This document shows, piece after piece, positions 1 to 12,544 of a stretch of 64,000 bases of DNA. Location of the stretch: contig NW_024704742.1 in assembly GCF_018977255.1 (NCBI RefSeq), positions 45,820,001 through 45,884,000 on the forward strand. Reading direction: 5' to 3'. Each line of letters begins with the position of its first letter. The first letter of the stretch is position 1. The notes beneath the pieces were generated by a model. It searched no databases, was not told the origin of the DNA, and worked only from the letters and a program-made list of their open reading frames with translations. The position numbers and the translations under genes are program-made. The stretch is from Callorhinchus milii (taxonomy: Eukaryota).

Positions 1-1262
1 GGGGGATTGGGTGGGTTTAGAGATGGTCCTGGATTTCGGGGGGAACGAGGGATTTGAAGGTGGAGGAGAGGCGATCATGGAGCAGCTGGACGGCTACTTC
101 AGGATCTCCTCGAGTGTAAGGCCAGAGGGATAGGATGTTTGATGAAGTGAGGGCTTTTGTGAGGGTCTCAGGTGGTAGCCTTTTCCATGGGTGGTAGAGG
201 ATGGTTGAGGGCTTGGTGAAGGAGAGAAGGATGTGAGAGGAGAAGGAGATGAGGAAGTGGTAATAATGAGGTCAAGGGCATGACCACGGTTGTGGGTTGG
301 TGAATTTATATGAAGAGTGAAGTTTGGGGAGGAGAGGAGGACAGTGAAGTCGGAAGAAGTGATGCAATGGGAGTTTAGGTGGAGGTTAAAATCGCCCATT
401 ATGAGCAGGCGCTCGGAGCAGAGGGACAGGGAAGAGAGGAGAGTAGAGATGTCTGTGTGGAAGTAGCCGGGCGGCTTAGGGGGGCGGTAGACAAGGAGGA
501 TTTTCAATGGGAGAGAGGGGTGGAAGAGAGTGATGTGCTCGAAGGAGGGGAAGCAGCCAGAGGAGTAGGGGGTAAGACCAAGGGAGGCTTTGGAGATGAG
601 GGCCACCCTACCGCATGTTGGTTTGGACGGGGGGTGTGGTGGAAGGTGTAGCCTGGAGAGGAGGTTTCCACAAGGGGGATGGGGTCATTGGGGGAGAACC
701 AGGTTTCAGTGAGCCCAAGAATGTCAAGGTGCTCGTCCAGGATGAGGTCATGGATTGTGAGGACTTTGTTTGAGAGGGAACGGATGTTTTGGAGGGATAT
801 GCGGGTGGGTTTGCTGGAGGGAGGGGAGGGAGGAGAGAGTGAACCGGAGAGGATTTTAGGGTATACGGGAGAGATGGTTGTGGAGAGTAGTGTGAGTGGA
901 GAGTTGGGGAGGGTACGTATGAGGGAGGGGGAAGTTGGGTTTGCCTTAAGGAGGCGGTTTGTGCAGATGGAGTGAATGATTGGACACTTGGGGTTGCTGC
1001 TCTGGGTCGACCAGTGCCAGGAGCCACGGTGGGCCCGGCGGAGAATGCCCAGGCTGGAGCAGAGGGAAATGGTGATGGGGTCAAGGAGAGAGAGAAGGCG
1101 GGGAGGGCAGTGGGAGAGAAGGACAGAGTGGGAGTAGCGGATAGAAGGGGGTGGGAGGAGAGACATTTGGAGTGGTGGGGGAGGCTTGGGTCGTGACGGC
1201 AGCCAAAACGCGCACGCAGAGACCGGGAGCGAGCGATCAGCGGGACGGCATCAGCCCTCAGG
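1..1262 (-). mobile_element. L2-clade LINE, 5' end: CpG-rich 5' UTR plus N-terminus and APE endonuclease, frameshifted; continues off the left edge
   Basis: ORFs 504..1166 and 94..606 give APE motifs LQNIRSL, LGLTETW, VYRPP, MGDFNLH and PTHNRGHALDLII. The minus strand is C-rich like the other L2 copies. There is a short GC/CpG leader at ~1170-1262. Confidence 0.9.
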
Positions 1263-2310
1263 CTCAGATAAAATGTACTGTATAATGTACACAAGTGAGA
1301 GCAATTGTGGGAAATGGAAAATGAAGATGCATGTTGTATGAAGGAGGTTTGTTTATTTAGAATGATAGAACCATACCAAATCATGGCACAGGAGAAGGCC
1401 ATTCAACCCGTTGTGTCTGTGCCAGAATCCAAGGAAAGGGCAGGTAAATGCGAGTGAATGGAATGCTGTTGTGGCAAGGATTGCCATTTGAGCAAGAATT
1501 CTTCTTCCTCTTTGTAAAGCATTTTAAATTAAAAGTGCCCCTGAATCCAAGGTGCTTAACTGGATGTTTGCAAATGGCTACATCTGGGTCACTTCGGTTA
1601 ATCATCCCGTTACGTTTCAACCTTCTTAGCATGAATTCCCATTATACATCCCCATAACCATGGCTAGTAATTTCACTGACAGGGGGATTTCACTTTGCTG
1701 CAGTCTTGAAACACACAGTAGAATATGTTTACTGATGAGAACTTGCAGAGCAGCATGTTACATACTTTTAAGAATTAAATTCATTATTCATGTGGGGATA
1801 TTCAAAATGAATGCAAAATAATTCGCCCATAAAACACACAGTCTCTCCACTTATCCTATGCAATAATTTGAGAGATTATCTTCTGAAAGGCACTATACCA
1901 AATGTAAGTATTATTTTTATTATTATAAAAGGACCACATTGTTTTGTTTGCCCACAGTCAGTTGAGATCTCTTGACTATGATTTTGCAATATATTTACAA
2001 AAGTCACTACACTTTGCAGTATATCCTGTGAAGCTCTTTGAGATATCCTCGCAACGTGAAAGGCATCATATCAAATGCAAGGATTATTAGTATTGGGATT
2101 ATTTAAGTGTCTGCAGAATGAATCTGAGTCTAATACAGTTGTGTTTGTTAACTTGCTCTGATACCTGAAAGATTTGAAAACATGCCCCGACATGAATTAG
2201 CATCTGCAGAAGAGGAGAGGAGAAAATCGACGTTTCCAAGAATATTATATTTTCTTTCAGCAGCCATCCCAGATCAGTTGTTGCTTCTCTGTGTGGATTA
2301 ACACTTGATA

Positions 2311-2326
2311 CAGCCCCCTAGTGTTG
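2311..2326 (-). promoter_or_regulatory. Possible CTCF core motif
   Basis: Minus strand CAACACTAGGGGGCTG resembles the CCASYAGRKGGC consensus with one mismatch; motif only. Confidence 0.25.
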
Positions 2327-3641
2327 TAATAGGAGCATCGTAACCTGAGAATGTAATTGGTCTGAATTGAATATCATGGCACATTAATTGTAGATGAGCA
2401 ACAAATGTTAGAATCATGGAAATTTACAATGCAGAAGCAGGTCATTCAACCCATTGAGTATACCGGGTCTCAGAGCAACTGTCCATTCAATTTCATTGTC
2501 CTGCCCTATCTCCATACCCCTTCAAATCTAAAACACTGATGCCAACTGTTCCAAATCTGACTTAATCCAATTGCTATGAGCAATTCATATATGACCCTGG
2601 CCTGACTAGGATAGACACAGACATATTTTTGACAATTTGCTTCTTTAAAGTAACTCTTTGGATTTACACAATAGGTTTTATTGTGTGACATATCCAGACC
2701 ATGTGTGAATGATGTCTAAGGTAATGGTTAATATGTATCATGTGACAATTATATATTGACAAAAAACAAATTGCATTTACGTAATGGTCTTCATGTACAA
2801 TAACATCTCAGAGCAATTCAACAGATAGAATCCAAATGCACATGCACAGAGAATTACAGTGTAGAATTAAATGTGCTTGAATATGTAATGAACAAGAACA
2901 TAATTTATTGTAATAATCCTTGCATTTGGTAGAGTGTCTTTCGTATAAGGAGGACATCCTAAAACACTTCACATGATCATATTGATAGTAACTGTATATT
3001 TGTAATTGACATCCAATTGTCTCTTTTTGTTTGTTGATTGCATAAACAATAGAGTACCTTTTTTGTTTATACATGGTTCACACATAGCACATTACGCACA
3101 TGGACCTACACATGGCACATAGTGGTAACCAATATCAATTATAGAATGTCAAAAGTTATCATGCATTAAAATCACAGTGGAGGTCTAAGCTGATGTGACT
3201 ACTGTAACGTAAATGACTTATTTGTGAGTTGCTTCACTGGTGGTTTAATGAAGGAGCACAAACATCCATTTTCTCAATTGTGTGGCAGACAGGGAGTGTC
3301 TGTGTCGGAGCCGATTAGTTATTCAGGATATGCAAATATATTCCTAACAAGTGAGGGTTAACACGTTCATTTATTTACACCCACTCAAAGGCCTGAATTT
3401 TTTGCCTGTCAGAAAAATGTACTAGAATTAGCAGCATGTGCTTAGTTAGGATAGGATTCCAAGTCTACAAGAGATAGACAAGTGAAGGGAATTCAAACCC
3501 AAAGTGTTTGCATTGTGTTGTTAACTAATAGAGCAAAAAGAGGGCATCATTGATACACAATTTTATAAACAAAGCAAAACAGGATCAAAGAGAAGGAAGA
3601 ATAATAACTATGGGGAATTTTGCTTACCTGAACTAAACTGA

Positions 3642-4142
3642 ATCCCCAGAGGATTGATTTCAAGATCCTCATCCTCACCTATAAGGCCATCCACGGCCTT
3701 GCTCCCTCCTACCTCTCTGAGCTACTATCCCCCTACCTACCTGCCCGTACCCTCCGTTCTTCCGGCTCTGGTCTGCTCCACGTCCCCCGCCCCAATCGCC
3801 CTACCATCGGTGGTCAGGCCTTCAGCCTCTCAGCTCCCAGTCTCTGGAACTCCATCCCCCAGTGCCTTCGCCGCTTCCTCCCTCTCCTCCTTCAAGGCCG
3901 GTCTCAAAACCTTTCTCTTTGACCGAGCCTTCAGCTCCCCTCTCGACTCTCTTCCCCCTCCTCGCTCCCTCCCTTCCCTCCCCTCACCCTGACCATTTCC
4001 CCCCTCCTCGCTCCCTCCCTTCCCTCCCCTCACCCTGACCATTTCCCCCTGCTCGGGTCCTGACCCAACTGTGCAGCGCCTTGGGACGTCCTCCTGATGT
4101 GAAAGGCGCTTTATAAATGGAATCTTGTTGTTGTTGTTGTTG
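3642..4142 (+). mobile_element. 5'-truncated young L2, 3' end with (GTT)n tail and an internal 46-bp tandem duplication
   Basis: Encodes RIDFKIL-like C-terminal motifs; 3' stem-loop AGCGCCTTGGGACGTC...GTGAAAGGCGCT; (TTG)n tail; near-identical to copies at 9364, 23672 and 63505. Confidence 0.92.
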
Positions 4143-6319
4143 AATGAGGAAAAGGATCTTTCAGGAGAGTGCAACTCTACCACCCTGGCCATTCCATCTG
4201 TGAGTGTACACTGGCCTGCTTCATGTTTCCTGCCTGACGCTCCCCACTATGCTATCAGTGGATGAGCTTTCAACTATTCCACCGCCACTCTCCTGAACTC
4301 CATCGAGAAGCTCCTCTGCTTGGTCCCTCCCCATCTTTAAGGCCTGTCTAAAGACTGTTTAAAAATCACAAGATTAGTTTGGATAAAGAAGGCCCTTCAA
4401 CTCATCTGATCTCATCCCTCTAAAATATCCACCTTCCTGTCCTTGCCTCACAGCATCAAGCTGGTTTCTAAATGAGTCCATGCCCTGACTTCAACTACCT
4501 TTCTTGACAACCTGCTCGAATTGTTAATTAATCAATATAAATAAAAACTTCCCAATATTGGTCCTGAAATTGCTCTTTACAGCTCTAAACCTATATCTTC
4601 TTGTTCTACTGTCTTATCCTTTTCGACCATACTTTTGGTAACCTTTCTCATTTATCCCAGCTCGGAGTTCCAGCTGATTCTGTGAAGAACTCTGAGATGT
4701 CCTCCTGACGTGAAAGGTTCTATATAAATGAAAAATTACTGCTGTTGGTGAGAGTGAGTTCAAGTGAGCATGTTAAGCTTATAATCTTTATTAATTAGCA
4801 AGGCCTTCAGGACAGCCAAAATTCAGTGTGGGAATATCAGTAACAGATGAAGTTACCATTGCTCTCTCTGACTGATCTATCATGCACCCACAGGACATCA
4901 CAAATGTCAGCTAGTGCTTGCTTTCACATTGTATTAAGGAGATGACTGATGCCTTCTTTCAAAAGTTCTTCAGTACATCCTGTGAGAAAGAACAGAAGCT
5001 ACATATGCAACAATAGACTTATAACTTTCCATGCTTCATAAAAGTATGGGGACTATACATAGTCACGGGGGACAGAAACAACTTTATGCAAAAATTGCAG
5101 TCATATACAACACAAAACATTTCTGTTGTGTTGAAAGGAATTCCATCCTAAAGTACCTTCAAACCCTTCCAGACAAAGGCATTAAATGCTCCACATTGAC
5201 TAAGATAATGTGTATGAAGTGAGAACCTGACTGGAAGATTGAACATTCAACCCCTGTTTATGGTGAATTAGCTGATCTCAGTCAGAATAGCACTAGGAAG
5301 ATTGCGTAACCTCAGTGCTCTATATTAGGATTTACACAATCTCAGTAGAGGTACAGATAAAACCCCTTAGCCCATTGGATCTATTTTTTTCCAGAATACC
5401 CATGTCATGAAACTGTTTCTTAATTGAGTCTACCATCATGGCAAAATTGGAACAAAATTGGCAAGGAACTAAATAATATGAGAAAGAAAAATGTGTCCAT
5501 TTTGTCCGTTTGTTAAGTAACATTCATCCAATCTGAGATTCTCCAAAGTACCATGAGCACTTTTCCCTCACTGATGCTAACAGCCTCTCTTCGAAGGTTT
5601 TCTCTTCAATTAGAGGTAATGCCTTCTTAGACCAATGTTTGATACATTCCTCAGATAATTCGAAAGCATTCAACCAAGCCCCATTTCAATTGTCTGAGCT
5701 TCACTTGCTCAGCATCCAAGGAGCCTTTTGATGTATCCTGAAAGGTTACAAACATAAGGCAAGGCTTTTAAGCAGTAAGTTGTTGCAATGGACCATTATC
5801 CCACCTACCACTTAAAGATGCAGCCTTCAATTAGCTTCTGATAAAGTAGATCATTTGGAAAATTTGGCCAGTCTAAAGTCTATAGAGACATTTCAATCTG
5901 TGGGGTATCCAGCTCTGTACATTCAGCTCACATGATAAGAAACTGAAAAAATAATATTGCAATAATAAACCTACTAAAACATCTGTATAGCTGTATTAAT
6001 ATAGGTAACTATAAACCACAGCAACATCTAAAACCTTGTGCTTAACCTGTCATCACGCTTTCTTTGTGATTTCCATTCTTCCCTATTTCCTTTCAAACAA
6101 CCAGAGAAATTTGCAGCACAGGAGGTTGTTCAGCCCTCGAAGCTAGTATAGAATCTATTATTTAGTAGAGCATCTCTCATGTCAGGAGGACATCTCAAAG
6201 CACTTCACAGGATTTACTATGAGATGTAGTGACTGTGTATTTTGTAGGCATACATGGCAGCCTGTTTGTTCAAGCAAATGTTGGGACTTTAAGCGCATTG
6301 TCTAAGTTGACACAACAGT

Positions 6320-6620
6320 GCAGTGCTAGGGAGGTGTATCCTTTGGATGAAACATTAAACCAAGGTCCTGTCTGACTGTTCAACTCGATGTTAAAAGTCC
6401 CATGGCACTAATGAAAATAAGAAGAGCGTTTCTCCTAATGTTCTGTGCAACAATCCTCAAATTAAAATGAATCATTCGCTTCATGGCTGTTTGTGGGACA
6501 TTTGTTGTGAGCAAATTGTCTGCGATATTTGACTGCAAATATACAGTTACTTCACTTTGCAATAAATCCTATAAAGCATTTTGAGACACAACAGGGTGGT
6601 TTGTCAAATTCAAGACTATT
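6320..6620 (+). mobile_element. Old Deu-domain SINE (SacSINE1/AmnSINE1-like), decayed
   Basis: GGATGAAACATTAAACCAAGG...CCCATGGCACTA...GCTGTTTGTGGGAC...GCAAATTG, shared with copies at 22810, 33860, 44426 and 51700. Confidence 0.75.
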
Positions 6621-7854
6621 ACAGCACCTTCATGCAGCTTACTGTCTTAAAGTACTTGGCTAAGGCAATGTGGAAAAAGAGCAATGTTCTAACAACTGCA
6701 GACAAATATGTCTACTGCTGATTGTGTCAAATCATCTGGAAACCATATCATGAACAAAAAAAATGTTGGAATATCGAAATCACAACCTTGAATTTGGTCA
6801 TAAATTTGATTCAAAATATATCATTCAGTTTGTGCTGCTCTTGAGCTGATGATTCAGAAATGAAGCAATTCTGTCAATGCCACAGCCCAATGATAGAACT
6901 GGTGTGTAGGGGATTTTTTTTTAGAGATCTTGAGAAGGTACACCAGATTCAACAAGAAATGAGAATTTATTGCAACAGTCAACCACTGAAATGATCCACA
7001 AATGTACTATTTGCCAGTTACGGTAACCTATTATGCTACTTAGACAGTGCAATCCAGAGACCAATTGGCTTGATGAGTTGCCCTAACATCCTAACTAATT
7101 TATCTTATCCAAATTCACTCTTTACAACTCAATACGAGTTGACCTTGTATGAGAAAGTTTGATATGTGCTTTCTATCTTTTCAGTATTCTGGATGTTGCC
7201 ATATCATACTTGGATCTTACTTTAAAGAAGTATTATCTGTCCGTGTAAGAAAGACGAGAGCTACAGGGGTTTCACATTAATTATCAGTGACAGATGACCC
7301 CTGGACATACCATCAGTCAGTCACTGTGGTGGAATTGGGGAGGTGGGAGGTGTCACACCCTGACTAGATGATGCCTTTCATTATTGGCAGGGTGGAGTTT
7401 TCAATTAAGTGAGGATTAAACCTATTGGTGAGTCAAATAGACATCTACAGGACAGGAAGCCATTCGACCTATTAGGCCTGTCCTGGCTCACACAGCAAGG
7501 AGACTGCTTCAATTCCACTGCTGCACCTTATCTGTATAGAAACATCTTGAGAAATTCCTTCTAGGTGTAGAATTACTTTGTGTATATAGTATTTTAGAGC
7601 AGCCAGAATTTAGCAAATTGTTGAATTCAGCCTTGACCTTGAAGCCAGTTTTATACAAGTTCTTAAAAGAACTGACATATAATTGCCTTGAAAATAAATA
7701 ACTTAATAAGTGATGTATTTTATTTATTCATGAATTTGTCGAATTTTGGTTGTTCGGAAATGTTGCATAAATAGAGTAAATCTAAACCCAGATGAAATTT
7801 CTCCAGATACTAAAACAAAACATAGTTTGGGAACATATTTTATAAGAGTCTTCA

Positions 7855-8110
7855 GTAAAGGCTCATGGCTGAAATAAAAGCTTGTGGAATAAAGCAGGAT
7901 CTAGTAAATTGGACAATGAATTCACCAGATAATAGAAAATAAAGAGGAGTAATCAATGGTAAAAGTTCTAACTCGATAGTTATAGCCAAGAATATAATTC
8001 ACAGATCAGCCCTGGGACCTTTGCTGTTCACCCTACCATATTTATAAATGGTCCTGATAAAGCAGATTAGAAATATACTGTATACCTTCGCAGGTGATAA
8101 AAAAACAATA
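7855..8110 (+). mobile_element. Old CR1 RT fragment
   Basis: Degenerate LMAEIKACGI / SALGPLLF / FING / FAGD motifs, homologous to the RT of the CR1 at 15971-16900. Confidence 0.65.
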
Positions 8111-8389
8111 AAATTTGAAGAGTTACAGGAACTTTGAAGGTTATTCTGCTCTGTTTACTAAGTGTAGTGAATCGTTCGAAGTGTTGTTATAATTGGAAAT
8201 CCCACGATAAGCAGCAGTCAAGTATGAAACTATACCTAGTGAATAGATCAGAATAACTGCCATAGATCTTGAGTAGGTGAAAGGTAATACTGCAAAATGC
8301 ATTTTGGCATTCAGTACATTAATATTTAGGATAAAATCACAAAGTGGATCAAGACAAGAATTCGAAAGACAATACAAACTAATTTGAAT

Positions 8390-8780
8390 AATAATAATTC
8401 CTGCATTTGGTATTGTACCTTTCTCATCAAAAGGACGTCTTAAAGAGCACAGAATTTAATTGGAGTGACTGTATATTTATAAGTCACTGCTCTAGCCCAT
8501 TTGCACACAGCATTGTTCACAAACAGCCATGAAGTGAATGACCATTTTGATTTGGGGAATTGTCGGTTAGGACATTAGCATAAATTCTCTTGCCTTTTCA
8601 AATAGTGCTATGGGTCTTCAATGTCCACCTGAACAGGTAGTCTGGAGCTTAGTTTAACATTTCATCCAAAGGATAGCACATCCAACACGCAGCACACACC
8701 CAGCACTGTACTGGAGTATCATCTTGTACTATATGAGTTTGAGGTCCCACCATGGGGCTTGAATCCACTACCTTCTAACT
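8390..8780 (-). mobile_element. Old Deu-domain SINE, decayed
   Basis: Reverse complement of the same Deu-SINE body, with tail (AATAATAAT..TGCATTTG) and head remnant (CTTGAATCCAC..CCTTCT). Confidence 0.65.
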
Positions 8781-9139
8781 CATATCTATGTAAAAATGTG
8801 TAAAACTGCTTCACATGTAATCATTCTCGAGTTCAAGACCAGTAACTGTTTTTCTAGGCAAATGCAGTAGCTATTTTTACCAAGCAAAGTCTTTCACAGA
8901 GTGAATGTCCAATTTTACCAATCTAGGTGGAACAAAAATGTCATTATAGCACATGGGAACAGATGCACATGAGAACATCTCATCTGAATCCGAAGCTATC
9001 ATACAGGGGTTGAAACATCCCTAAATGGCCGCTGCATTTCAGAGGCAGAGAAATTAATTTAGAAAAGGGCAACAATATTCATTTCTAAGAAGAGAGATCA
9101 AGGAATTTCCATTAGAAATAACAGATTAAACAGGTCTTT

Positions 9140-9140
9140 C

Positions 9141-9167
<27 letters not shown>
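9140..9167. repeat. (GA)n microsatellite
   Basis: Direct read of a GAGAGA run. Confidence 0.95.
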
Positions 9168-9172
<5 letters not shown>

Positions 9173-9254
9173 ACCCAAATCTAGGTTGAGTTCAGTAGGA
9201 GTGGGAGTAATGGAGGATGGGAACAGAAACAGGGGCATTTTGGAGAGGGTGGCA

Positions 9255-10160
9255 GCTCAGGTCAGGGGCAGCAAGGTGAGAACGAGGATGTTGAATTCGA
9301 TCCTCTGAGGGATCGGGAGCCAGTGGAGTTGGGCGAGGGTGGGAGTAATGGGGTCACGGAGCCCCCCAGAGGATCGAATTCAAGATCCTCACCCTCACCT
9401 ACAAGGCCATTCACGGCCTCTTTTCCTCCTACCTCTCCGACCTACTATCCCCCTACCTACCTGCCCGTACCCTCCGTTCCTCTGGCTCCGGTCTGCTCCA
9501 CATCCCCAGCCCCAACCACTCTACCATTGGTAGCCGGGCCTTCAGCCTCTCAGCCCCTAGGGTCTTGAACTCCATCCCCCAGTGCCTTCGCCGCTTCCTC
9601 CCTTTCCTCCTTCAAGGCCGGTCTCAAGACCTTTCTCTTTGACCGTGCCTTCAGCTCCCCTCTCGACTCTCTACCCCCACCTCGCTCCTCCCTTCCCTCC
9701 CCTCACCCTGACCATTTCCCCCCTGCTCGGGTCCTGACCCAACTGTACAGCGCCTTGGGACGTCCTCCCGACGTGAAAGGCGCTCAATAAATGGAATCTT
9801 GTTGTTGTTGTTGTTGGTGCGTAAGAGTACACAAGCTGCAGAGTTTTGGATGATCTGCAGCTTGTGAAGGGAAGAATTGGGAAGGCCGATGAGGACGGAA
9901 TTTCCAAAATCGAGCACTGATGTGATGAATGCGTGGGTGACGGTTTCGGCAGCCTGAGGAGTGAGGCAGTGGCAGAGACTGGCAATGTTGCGGAGGTGGT
10001 GGTAGGCAGTGCCGGTCATGGCGTGGATGTGGGGGAGAAAGGGCAGTTCAGGGTCAAACAAGACACCCAGGTTCCTGACTGGCTTAGTGAGGTTGAGTGT
10101 GCACCGTGGTTGCTGATGCTGCCAGTGCCCGAGGTGCAGAGGTGCTGGCGCAAGCCAATC
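9255..10160 (-). mobile_element. Older L2 fragment (post-RT C-terminal region), split by an antisense L2 at 9364-9815
   Basis: ORF 9651..10316 has VRNLGVLFDPEL and LQIIQNSAA. The two halves rejoin as GGGTCACGGAGCC|TGGTGCG, matching the intact copy at ~42767-42790. Confidence 0.88.
9364..9815 (+). mobile_element. 5'-truncated young L2 nested in an older L2
   Basis: Same sequence as 3642-4142, with stem-loop and (GTT)n tail. Confidence 0.92.
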
Positions 10161-10824
10161 AAGAGGGCCGGCAAAGGTGGCTGGGGGGATAACAGCACGG
10201 GAGGGGAGAGACTTTGGTGCGCTGGGCACAGAACTCATTTTTGACTGTATATTTAAAAAATGCGGTTTGTGTGGTTGTGAATAAATTAGTAAAAGACAGC
10301 GAAGATAAGACCCCAAAAATATTAATAAAATAAGTACTCAAATCTTGTTTTGAAACCGCTAGGCATGGCACCACACTGTGTTTTTTTTTCCCCAGACTTT
10401 GCAGCTCTTATGCTGTCTGCCTGGTCTTCTCTTTTTCCTGCTCATTGCTATAAAGTGAGTTCATTTGTAAAGTGAAATAGCTGCAAGAAATCAATGAAAG
10501 GGGTAACAGTAAGAAGCGCTATCAGATTCAACTGACTTGTCCAGCAAGGCATTTCCTGCCCCTTTGGGGTTTGGATCACATGAGGTATTATAAACCACAA
10601 TTGGTATTTAGTCATCAGCAGCAGGATCCCGACCCCCAGCTTGGGTCCAAAACACTGATTGTCCATCGCCTTGGGATGCCCGTGAAAGGCGTTATACAAA
10701 TGCAATTTTGTTGTTGTTGTGCCAACTTGTTATCTCATTTTCTTTTTATTTGTCTACTAAATGTTTGAAAACCGTTAATGAGTTCAGGAGGGAATTGGAA
10801 AAGAGAAAGGAGTTTTTTTCCCCT

Positions 10825-11011
10825 GGTGTAATGGCCAACAATTTTCTAAATAAAATTGGTCACTCATTCCATCGCAGTTTGTGGGACACTGCTGCTGCAT
10901 TCACCCACAAAATATACAGTCCATTTACTTTACAGTATATTCTGTGAAGCGCTTTGAGACGTCTAGAAGACGTGACAAAGCGCTATATCAAATGCAAGAA
11001 TTATTATTATT
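10825..11011 (+). mobile_element. SINE 3' half (Deu-type body, L2-like tail, (ATT)n)
   Basis: TTTGTGGGACACTGCTG...AAGCGCTTTGAGACGTCTAGAAGACGTG...ATATCAAATGCAAG. Confidence 0.8.
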
Positions 11012-12544
11012 ACAGATGACCTGATAACATGCTATATCAAATCCAAGGATTATTATTAGTATAAATGAAAAAAATCTACAGAGATCACCATGACTGCACT
11101 ATTGTAAATTTGAAAACAAAAATTCTCATAATTTTCAAACCTTTCAGAAAATACACATACATCAACATATCTCAGACCTCAGATTATACAAAACATGCCC
11201 AGGGATGCTGAAAAAGAGACTTTGTTCCCAGCGTACAAGCAGCAGTGCTCATTACAGAAAAACCTGCAAAATAATTAGCCTCCACTCCCTGCAGTACCAT
11301 ACAAAATACTCTGCTCTGTTACTTAGAAGAATCAATTCATTTCATACTCATTGAATCTGTACATGAGGGTTGCAGAATAAATTCTATAATCCAGCATTGA
11401 TAAAGTTAACTGTTTCAATTCATTTTGATTTCTAGTCAGAGGCACATTTTATCCCAAAGGTCAAATAAAATCTGTCTTGCCAACTGATGAGCTGGCCACA
11501 AATTCAGCAAAGCTAATTTTTCAGTGATTTTGATCGGGTAAATGTCAGCTTTTGGATCCAATTGAATGTTTAATCATTAGAATTTTTGGTCAAGTAAGCT
11601 GCAATACTTTTCTCTGTAATCATAAGAAGGGTAATCTTTAAATAAAGTGTCCAACATGTAAGGCATCTCCTAACTGAGAATGCAATACATTAAAAAAATG
11701 TTGTGTGAAAATATTAACATTAAGAAATGTACAGCATATCCTTTCGTTCTCAGTTACTGTTTCAAAAATATTGTGCAACTTGTTGTTTACATCTTCAGGA
11801 AGAATAAGTAGAAAATTTGATCACATTCAAATTTACGAAAGCATGGGAAACAATTTGGCAGGTAGTGTGACAGCCATATATTTTACAGCACTTCACATTG
11901 ATTTAATGATACATTAGAAGCCCATGGGGTGGATTAGATTCAATATATATTGCAGCAATTCCACTGTCATTAGTGATAGCTCAATAGGAAATATTCTGCA
12001 TCTACCTCAACCCAAAAAAACAGTGATTGTTAGCGCAGTGTCTTTAGCTAATATGCTCAGCTTCATTGAGTTCTGTCAGATTTGGTGATGTGAGTGATAG
12101 ATGCTACTTTGCACAAGATGGTATAATTCTTAAGCACTATTGTCAAGCATACAATATCATTGAGTGAGTAACCATGGCTGCTCAATACCTTCAAAGAATC
12201 TGCTATAATGATTTCAAGCATATGGCTACAGGTACAATGCATTGCATAACAGGCAATAGGAATGACTCTGAATACGTAAGCATTTGTTTATTCTATGCAA
12301 GAGCAATTTCTTTGTTCTTCACACTGAGTAATTAGGCAGGAAACTGTAGTTTCACATATGTTGTTTACTGTTAAAGAAACAAAAAATATTCAGACATAAA
12401 ATGCCACATCTGTCAACTTGAAAATATACTACTTGTTCATGCAACATGACAATAATAATCCTTAGATTTGATATAGTGCCTTATCACATCTTCGAAACTT
12501 ATCAAAGCACTTCACAGCGCTTCAAAGAATATACTGTAAATTGA

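Noticed and set aside
608..1402. 264-aa Pro/Ser-rich ORF as an L2 ORF1 or host gene
   Set aside because: It is an alternative frame of C-rich L2 sequence that starts in unrelated AT-rich flank, with no domain motifs.
9270..9400. Inverted repeat that looked like an L2 5' inversion (twin priming)
   Set aside because: The minus-strand part continues colinearly at 9816 onward, so it is an older antisense L2 split by a new insertion.
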